From a bacterium (GTDB taxonomy: Bacteria; Krumholzibacteriota; Krumholzibacteriia; LZORAL124-64-63), in the NCBI GenBank assembly GCA_031441465.1, contig JANOEP010000061.1, forward strand, positions 32,001 through 96,000: 64,000 nucleotides of DNA, given 5' to 3'. A program made the position numbers and the translations under genes. This document shows, piece by piece, positions 57,624 to 64,000 of this stretch (position 1 is its first letter; each line of letters starts with the position of its first letter). Under the pieces are notes generated by a model. It was given only the letters and a program-made list of their open reading frames with translations, made no database searches and was not told the DNA's origin.

Positions 57624-57926
57624 ATGCGGACCGAAGCGGACAAGACGGACCTGCACAACATCGTGACCTACGGCCTGGTGTTCGCCCTGGGGCTGGTGGT
57701 GGCCATCCTCGCCCTGGAGATCGGCTTCCATCTCGTCCAGCGGCGCCAGTTCGAGCGCAAGGTGGTGGCGGTGGCTCCCGCCGAACTGCTGGCCCTGCAG
57801 GCCGCCCAACTGGGCGTGCTGCAGCAGGGCGTACGCTGGGTCGACGGTCCTGCGGGCCTGGTGGGCATGCCCATCGAGACGGCGATGGACGTCGTCGTGC
57901 GCCGTCACGGCGGAGACGGGGACTAG
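57624..57926 (+). CDS. Small single-TM protein, ActG-like
   Basis: One TM helix; WVD...G.V.MPIE.AM motif; located between actF and sco. Confidence 0.65.
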   Translation: MRTEADKTDLHNIVTYGLVFALGLVVAILALEIGFHLVQRRQFERKVVAVAPAELLALQAAQLGVLQQGVRWVDGPAGLVGMPIETAMDVVVRRHGGDGD

Positions 57927-57928
57927 GC

Positions 57929-58738
57929 ATGGCGCTCCGCGGCACCGCGACGGCCTTCGCGATGGCGGCCCTGCTGACGGCCGCGACGCCGGCCCGCGCG
58001 CAGACGGATCTCGCCGGCCTGACCGGAGCCGACATCGTCGAGCGTCCGGGCGCGACGCTGCCCCTGGACCTGGTGTTCGTCGGCGAGGACAGCACGGAGG
58101 TCCGCCTGGGCGACTGCTTCGCGCCGGGGCGTCCGGTGATCCTGAACCTGGGCTACTTCGCCTGCCCGATGCTGTGCGGGCTGGTGCTCAACGGCATGAT
58201 CGACGGTCTGCGCGACGTGCCTTGGACGCCGGGCCGGGAGTTCGGGATCGTGACGCTGAGCATCGACGCGCGCGAGGGCCCGCGGCTGGCGGGCCTGAAG
58301 AAGCAGAACGCGCTGGAGTCCTACGGCCGACCCGAGGCGGCGGCCGGTTGGCGCTTCCTGACCGGAGGCGAGGCGGAAGTCCGCGCCGTGGCCGACGCCG
58401 TCGGGTTCGGATTCGTCTGGGAAGAGAAGACCCAGAAGTGGATGCACCCGGCCGCGCTGGTGGTCTGCACCCCGGACGGCAGGGTGTCGCGCTACCTGTA
58501 CGGCGTGGAATTCGACGCGCAGACGCTGCGCCTGGCGCTGTCCGAGGCGTCCGGGGGCAGGATCGGCGGGACCACGGAGAAGATCCTGCTCCTCTGCTAC
58601 GACTACGATTCGAGCGTGGGCCGGTACGGGCCGTCCGCACGCAGGCTGATGACCGTCGCCGGATACGTCACGGTGCTCGCGATCGCGGGCTGGCTGGCGC
58701 TGCTGTGGCGCCGCGAGCGCAGAAGGAAATCGATATGA
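57929..58738 (+). CDS. SCO1/SenC copper chaperone
   Basis: CPMLC, conserved His (MHPA), SRYLYG, C-terminal TM. Confidence 0.9.
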   Translation: MALRGTATAFAMAALLTAATPARAQTDLAGLTGADIVERPGATLPLDLVFVGEDSTEVRLGDCFAPGRPVILNLGYFACPMLCGLVLNGMIDGLRDVPWTPGREFGIVTLSIDAREGPRLAGLKKQNALESYGRPEAAAGWRFLTGGEAEVRAVADAVGFGFVWEEKTQKWMHPAALVVCTPDGRVSRYLYGVEFDAQTLRLALSEASGGRIGGTTEKILLLCYDYDSSVGRYGPSARRLMTVAGYVTVLAIAGWLALLWRRERRRKSI

Positions 58739-59787
58739 TCTTGAGCGGGTTGGTGAACACGCTGTCGGTCCGCGGTGCGGGGATCCCCTTCCTGGCCGCG
58801 GGCGACGGGACCTTCTGGCTGCCGGTCCGGGCCTCGGAGAGCGCCGGGGCCGTCGACAACCTGTTCTATTTCATCTTCTGGATCTCGCTGTTCTTCTTCA
58901 CGCTGCTGATGGCGCTGATGGCGATCTTCGCCGTGCGCTACCGCCGCCGCCGCGAGGGGGAGGAGCCCGAGCCCTCGCCGTCGCACAACCTGGCGGTCGA
59001 GATCGTCTGGACGGCCATCCCGGTGCTGCTGGTCGCGGCCATCTTCTGGTTCGGCTTCCAGGCCTACGTCGACATGTCCACGCCGCCGCTGAACGCCTAC
59101 CAGATCCAGGTGACGGGCCAGAAGTGGAAGTGGACCTTCACCTACCCGAACGGGTACGTGGACGAACTGCTGCACGTGCCGGCCGACCGCCCGGTGCAGC
59201 TGGTGATGACCTCGCAGGACGTGATCCACAGCCTGTCGATCCCCGCCTTCCGCATCAAGCGGGACCTGGTGCCGGGGCGCTACAGCAAGGCGTGGTTCAC
59301 CGCGGTGCTGCCCGGCGACTACGACCTCTACTGCGCCGAGTACTGCGGCACGCAGCATTCGTCGATGATCTCGACGGTGAAGGTGCTGGAGCCCGAGGCG
59401 TTCGACGCGTGGATGCTCGCCCATTCGGACATCCTGAGCGGCCTGTCGCCGGTCGAGGGCGGCGAGCGCGTCTACAACGTGCTCGGCTGCAAGCAGTGCC
59501 ACTCGCTCGACGGCGCCGCCGGCGTGGGGCCGACCTTCCGCAACCTGTTCGGCGGCGAACGGCCGCTGAAGGGCGGCGGACGGGTGACGGCCGACGAGAA
59601 CTACGTGCGCAGTTCCGTGCTCGACCCCCAGTCCCAGGTGGTGCAGGGCTTCGAGCCGGTGATGCCGACCTTCAAGGGCCGCATCAAGGACCAGGAAATC
59701 ACGGCGCTGATCGCCTTCCTGAAATCGCTGAGCGAGCACGCGCCGCAGGAGGCAGCGCCGGCGGCCGCCGCGGCCGGGACCCCGTAG
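58735..59787 (+). CDS. coxB: Cytochrome c oxidase subunit II with fused cytochrome c (caa3 type)
   Basis: EIVWT, DVIHS, CuA motif [12 protein letters not shown]-terminal CKQCH...MP. Confidence 0.93.
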   Translation: MILSGLVNTLSVRGAGIPFLAAGDGTFWLPVRASESAGAVDNLFYFIFWISLFFFTLLMALMAIFAVRYRRRREGEEPEPSPSHNLAVEIVWTAIPVLLVAAIFWFGFQAYVDMSTPPLNAYQIQVTGQKWKWTFTYPNGYVDELLHVPADRPVQLVMTSQDVIHSLSIPAFRIKRDLVPGRYSKAWFTAVLPGDYDLYCAEYCGTQHSSMISTVKVLEPEAFDAWMLAHSDILSGLSPVEGGERVYNVLGCKQCHSLDGAAGVGPTFRNLFGGERPLKGGGRVTADENYVRSSVLDPQSQVVQGFEPVMPTFKGRIKDQEITALIAFLKSLSEHAPQEAAPAAAAAGTP

Positions 59788-59851
59788 GCGGGCGCAACGC
59801 CCGCAGGCAGACGCAACGAGGGGCGCGACGCCCCGCAGACCGGAGGGCTCC

Positions 59852-61522
59852 ATGTCGACCCATGACGCCACCGCGGCCCCGCCGGCCGTCGGCAGCGAGA
59901 ACTACCTGAACTGCAGCCACGGCTTCCGCTCGTGGTTCTTCACGCTCGACCACAAGCGGATCGGCGTGATGTACCTGGCCTCGATCCTGTCCTTCTTCCT
60001 GCTGGGCGGCATCCTGGCCCTGCTGATCCGCACCGAGCTGCTGACGCCGACGCGCACGCTGATGTCGGCCGACGACTACAACAAGGTCTTCACGCTGCAC
60101 GGCGCGATCATGATCTTCCTGTTCATCATCCCGGGCATCCCGGCGGCGCTGGGCAACTTCGTGCTGCCGCTGATGCTCGGCGCGAAGGACGTGGCGCTGC
60201 CGCGGCTCAACCTGGCCAGCTACCACCTGTACCTCGTCGGGGCGCTGATCGCGGTGCTGTCGATCGTGCAGGGTGGCGTGGACGCCGGCTGGACCTTCTA
60301 CGCGCCCTACTCAACCACGACCAACACCGCGGTGGTGACGCTGACCCTCGGGGTGTTCGTGCTGGGCTTCAGTTCGGTGTTCACGGGGCTGAACTTCATC
60401 GTCACCATGCACAAGATGCGGCCGGCGGGCATGGGCTGGTTCGACATGCCGCTGATGCTGTGGGCGCTCTACGCCACGTCCATCATCCAGGTCCTGGCCA
60501 CGCCGATCCTGGGCATCACCATGGTGCTGCTGATCGTCGAGCGCGTGATGGGGATCGGCATCTTCGACCCCGCCCTGGGCGGCGACCCGGTGCTCTACCA
60601 GCACTTCTTCTGGTTCTACTCCCACCCGGCCGTCTACATCATGATCCTGCCGGCGATGGGCATCATCAGCGAGGTCGTGTCGGTCTTCAGCCGCAAGCAC
60701 ATCTTCGGCTACCGGGCCATCGCCTACTCGAGCATCGCCATCGCCGCCTTCAGCTTCCTGGTCTGGGGTCACCACATGTTCACCAGCGGCCAGTCCCAGC
60801 TGATGAACATGATCTTCAGCGCGCTGACCTTCAGCGTCTCGATCCCCTCGGCCGTGAAGATGTTCAACTGGCTGAGCACGATGTACAAGGGTTCCATCCG
60901 CTTCGACACGCCGATGATCTACGCCCTGTCCTTCATGTTCCTGTTCGGCATCGGCGGCCTGACCGGGCTGTTCCTGGGGTCGCTGGCCACCGACGTCCAC
61001 CTGCACGACACCTACTTCGTGGTGGCCCACTTCCACTACGTGATGTTCGGCGGCACGGTGATCGCGTTCCTGGCCGGCCTGCACTACTGGTGGCCGAAGA
61101 TGTTCGGGCGGATGTACGACGAGAAGTGGGGCCGCATCTCGGCGATCATCATCTCGGTGGGCTTCAACATCACGTTCTTCACCCAGTTCGTCATGGGCAG
61201 CCAGGGCATGCCGCGGCGCTACTACGCCTACGTGGACAAGTTCGAGCCCTACCACGTGATCTCGTCGATCGGCAGCTACCTGATGGCCGTGGGTTTCTTC
61301 ATGACCGCCTGGTACCTGGTGAAATCGCTCTACCGCGGCCGGCCGGCGCCGGCCAACCCGTGGGGCGGCGCGGCCATGGAGTGGCAGGCCGCCTCGCCGC
61401 CCGTGCTGCACAACTTCACGGAAGAGCCAGTGGTGGGCGACCCCTACGACTATTCGAACCAGACGTACGATCCCGCGATCGGCGGGTACGTGCGCCGCAA
61501 GACCGAGGTGTCCGACCGATGA
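59852..61522 (+). CDS. coxA: Cytochrome c oxidase subunit I, type A2
   Basis: [21 protein letters not shown] (A2 YS motif), [19 protein letters not shown]. Confidence 0.96.
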   Translation: MSTHDATAAPPAVGSENYLNCSHGFRSWFFTLDHKRIGVMYLASILSFFLLGGILALLIRTELLTPTRTLMSADDYNKVFTLHGAIMIFLFIIPGIPAALGNFVLPLMLGAKDVALPRLNLASYHLYLVGALIAVLSIVQGGVDAGWTFYAPYSTTTNTAVVTLTLGVFVLGFSSVFTGLNFIVTMHKMRPAGMGWFDMPLMLWALYATSIIQVLATPILGITMVLLIVERVMGIGIFDPALGGDPVLYQHFFWFYSHPAVYIMILPAMGIISEVVSVFSRKHIFGYRAIAYSSIAIAAFSFLVWGHHMFTSGQSQLMNMIFSALTFSVSIPSAVKMFNWLSTMYKGSIRFDTPMIYALSFMFLFGIGGLTGLFLGSLATDVHLHDTYFVVAHFHYVMFGGTVIAFLAGLHYWWPKMFGRMYDEKWGRISAIIISVGFNITFFTQFVMGSQGMPRRYYAYVDKFEPYHVISSIGSYLMAVGFFMTAWYLVKSLYRGRPAPANPWGGAAMEWQAASPPVLHNFTEEPVVGDPYDYSNQTYDPAIGGYVRRKTEVSDR

Positions 61523-62367
61523 GCACCCCGCACGAGGGACGCGACGAGCACGCCGATCCCCACCTGCAGCACCATTTCGAGTCCATGGCGCAGCAGTACG
61601 ATTCCGGCAAGTTCGGCATGTGGCTGTTCCTGGTCACCGAGGTGCTGCTGTTCGGCGGGCTCTTCTGCGCCTACGCGGTCTACCGGGCCAACCACCCCGA
61701 GATCTTCGCCTACGCGCACCAGTTCCTGGACAAGACCCTGGGCGGCCTCAACACGCTGGTGCTGATCGTCAGCAGCCTCACCATGGCGATGGCCGTGCGC
61801 TGCGCCCAGCTGGGCCAGCAGCGCCGGCTCAAGCAGATGCTCGCGGCCACCCTGCTCTGCGCCTGCGTCTTCCTGGCCGTCAAGGGCGTCGAGTACCAGC
61901 ACAAGTGGAAGCACGGCCTGCTCTGGGGAACGCGCTACGTGGCCCAGGGCGAGACGGCGGCGCCGGCGGACGCCGCCGGGGTCGTGACGACGCCCGAGCC
62001 GGCGGCGGCGGTCCCCGTCCCCGCCGACGGCGGCACGACCCTGCCGCACGCGGCGACGGGCCCGGCGGGCCTGGCCGGCGACCACCCGCAGGACGGGCAC
62101 GGCGCCGCCGCGCACGGAGGGCACGGGTCGGCTGGCCCGGCGCCGCGCAACGTGCAGCTGTTCTTCGGCATCTACTTCGTGATGACCGGCCTGCACGGCA
62201 TCCATGTCCTGGCCGGCATGATCGCCATCGGCTGGCTGCTGCGGCGGGCTTCGGCGGGCGAATTCGGCCCGCAGTACTTCGCGCCGGTCGATTTCGTCGG
62301 GCTCTACTGGCACCTGGTGGACCTGATCTGGATCTTCCTCTTCCCGCTGCTCTACCTGATCCACTGA
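61519..62367 (+). CDS. coxC: Cytochrome c oxidase subunit III
   Basis: [37 protein letters not shown]. Confidence 0.93.
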   Translation: MSTPHEGRDEHADPHLQHHFESMAQQYDSGKFGMWLFLVTEVLLFGGLFCAYAVYRANHPEIFAYAHQFLDKTLGGLNTLVLIVSSLTMAMAVRCAQLGQQRRLKQMLAATLLCACVFLAVKGVEYQHKWKHGLLWGTRYVAQGETAAPADAAGVVTTPEPAAAVPVPADGGTTLPHAATGPAGLAGDHPQDGHGAAAHGGHGSAGPAPRNVQLFFGIYFVMTGLHGIHVLAGMIAIGWLLRRASAGEFGPQYFAPVDFVGLYWHLVDLIWIFLFPLLYLIH

Positions 62368-62395
62368 GCGGCGGTCCGCGGGAGGCGGCACGAGC

Positions 62396-62737
62396 ATGAA
62401 CAAGCACCACGAAGGCCCCGCCTACGCCCACGTCGTGTCCGTCAGGACGCTGCTGGGCGTGTTCGGGGCCCTGATGTTCCTGACGATCCTGACCTACGCC
62501 GTGACCTACGTCGACCTGGGGGCCCTGAACATCTGGGTGGCCATGGGGATCGCCGTGGTCAAGGGCACGCTGGTGGCCCTGGTCTTCATGCACCTGCTCT
62601 GGGACAAGAAGTTCTACGCCGTGGTGCTGATGAGCGCCCTGGTCTGCGTGATGATCTTCATCGGCATCGCCCTGCTCGACAGCGGCCAGTACCAGGCCGA
62701 CCTGATCCCCGGCTACGCGCCCTCGATCATCCCTTGA
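62396..62737 (+). CDS. Cytochrome c oxidase subunit IV family protein
   Basis: Three TM helices; K..LV..VFMHL. Confidence 0.88.
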   Translation: MNKHHEGPAYAHVVSVRTLLGVFGALMFLTILTYAVTYVDLGALNIWVAMGIAVVKGTLVALVFMHLLWDKKFYAVVLMSALVCVMIFIGIALLDSGQYQADLIPGYAPSIIP

Positions 62738-62743
62738 CCGCGG

Positions 62744-63475
62744 TCATTCCGGCCCGAGCGCGGCCGCCGCGGCCGCGGGGTCGGCCGTCGTTCCGGGATA
62801 CGTCCGCAGCGGGAAGGGGATGTGGCCCGCGTCGGCGAAGGTCACCAGGCGGCACGTCCCGTCGGGCCGCACCTGGATCACCGTCAGGCTGCAGTTGGCG
62901 ATGCTCATGCCCAGCCAGGCCTCGGCGTCGACGCCCAGCGCACGGCAGACGAACCAGCGGATGACGTTGCCGTGGCAGACCACGACGTCGTGGACGTCGC
63001 GGTCCGCGGCGGGCCGGACCAGGCGGTCCCAGGCAGCGGACAATTCCCGCTCGCAGGCCTCGGCCTCGCCCGGCTCCAGCTTCGCCATGACGTCGGCGCG
63101 TCGGGTCGGCGGCGTGCACTCGCGCACGTCGCGGTGGAGTTCGAGCGGCGGGCCCGGCAATCGCCCGGCGATGATCGTCGCGGTCTCGCGGGCCCGGGTC
63201 ATGCTGCTGGATTGCAACGACGAGAATTCGATCCCCAGCGAAGCCAGCAGGTCGCCGGCCAGCGCGGCCTGGTGCCGGCCCAGCCGGTCCAGACCGCAGC
63301 CGACGTCCTCGTCGCAGTCTTCGTCGTGCACATACTCGCCGTGGCGGATCAGGTAGAGGGTGCGGACCGGCGCGTCGTGCGCCGGCCAGCCCGCCGCCGA
63401 GTCCGAGGCCGTCGCGGCCAGCAGGGCCGCCGCCAGGATCGCCGATACGGCTGATCTGCTCGTCATTCCCGTCAT
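62744..63475 (-). CDS. Exported histidine phosphatase, PGAM5-like
   Basis: Signal peptide; LIRHG, SSMTRARET, VCHGNVIR. Confidence 0.82.
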   Translation of the reverse strand: MTGMTSRSAVSAILAAALLAATASDSAAGWPAHDAPVRTLYLIRHGEYVHDEDCDEDVGCGLDRLGRHQAALAGDLLASLGIEFSSLQSSSMTRARETATIIAGRLPGPPLELHRDVRECTPPTRRADVMAKLEPGEAEACERELSAAWDRLVRPAADRDVHDVVVCHGNVIRWFVCRALGVDAEAWLGMSIANCSLTVIQVRPDGTCRLVTFADAGHIPFPLRTYPGTTADPAAAAAALGPE

Positions 63476-63557
63476 CCCGCCCCTCCCCGGAAGCGCCCCG
63501 CAGCCGGAACCGATTTTCATATCGGAACCTACGGGACCCCGCCCCCGCCGTCGAGCC

Positions 63558-63584
63558 TCAAGCTTTCGCCGCGCCGGCCGATGT
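63558..63584 (+). promoter_or_regulatory. Candidate sigma28 (FliA) promoter
   Basis: TCAAG-N14-GCCGATGT upstream of an MCP-like gene. Confidence 0.6.
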
Positions 63585-63657
63585 GGAGTCCGGGATGGGC
63601 TGCCCGCGACCGCGTCGGGCGACCCCGCCTTGGATCGCCCGTTTCCGGAGGCCAGCC

Positions 63658-64000
63658 ATGTCCATGGGTTTGTCCCTGCGCGCGAAGCTCTTGACGGTCG
63701 GGATCTGCGTGACGCTCGCGCCTCTGGCGGCGCACATGATGTTCGACCGGAACGACGACGACCTGACCATGCTGCTGACCGCACTGGCGGCGGCCACGCT
63801 CGCCGCGATCGTCTGGTCCCTGGTGGCCCGGAGCATCGATCACGATCTCGAGCGGGTTGCGCGGAGGATCGGCGGCGCAGGCACCCTGCTCGTCACGGCA
63901 TCGCGGCAGGTGGCGGGCGGCGGTCAGCGCACGGCGCAGAACACCGTCGACCAGGCGGCCAACCTGCAGGAGGTGACGGCGACCCTCACCCAGCTGGTCG
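63658..64000 (+). CDS. Methyl-accepting chemotaxis protein N-terminus (3'-truncated; absent from the ORF track)
   Basis: GGAGG RBS; MSMGLSLRAKLL, two TM helices with a very short loop, then ASRQVA...QAANLQEVTATL resembling a methylation helix. Confidence 0.7.
   Translation, partial: MSMGLSLRAKLLTVGICVTLAPLAAHMMFDRNDDDLTMLLTALAAATLAAIVWSLVARSIDHDLERVARRIGGAGTLLVTASRQVAGGGQRTAQNTVDQAANLQEVTATLTQLV

Overview
GC-rich bacterial chromosomal segment with no rRNA, tRNA, CRISPR array, integrase or transposase that I can recognise. Two exported proteins with C-terminal 'PNPFNP' FlgD-Ig-like domains suggest an FCB-group lineage such as Latescibacterota/Krumholzibacteriota (inference). Left part: a pseudouridine-synthase/methyltransferase fusion; a CBS-prpD-(higA)-fungal-type homoaconitase block; divergent ctaA/ctaB; a heavy-metal RND efflux operon led by a Cys/His-rich leader ORF; ferritin; and a 2-oxoacid dehydrogenase operon with lipoate ligase. 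Centre: a Rex-headed operon encoding a bifurcating-type [FeFe]-hydrogenase HydCBA, an H-cluster-domain histidine kinase, two further phosphorelay proteins and HydG. Next: a type I restriction locus (hsdR, KilA-N, fused hsdM-S with one TRD), tcdA, a low-GC toxin-antitoxin insert, tatD and a UvrD-like helicase lacking the 2B subdomain. Right part: a complete alternative complex III plus caa3 oxidase operon, a PGAM5-like phosphatase and the start of an MCP. Best leads are the putative H2-sensing multistep phosphorelay, the PrpD plus Lys4-like 'split aconitase', the putative metal-sensing arrest-peptide leader, and the R + KilA-N + M-S restriction system. All calls come from reading motifs by eye; no searches were run.
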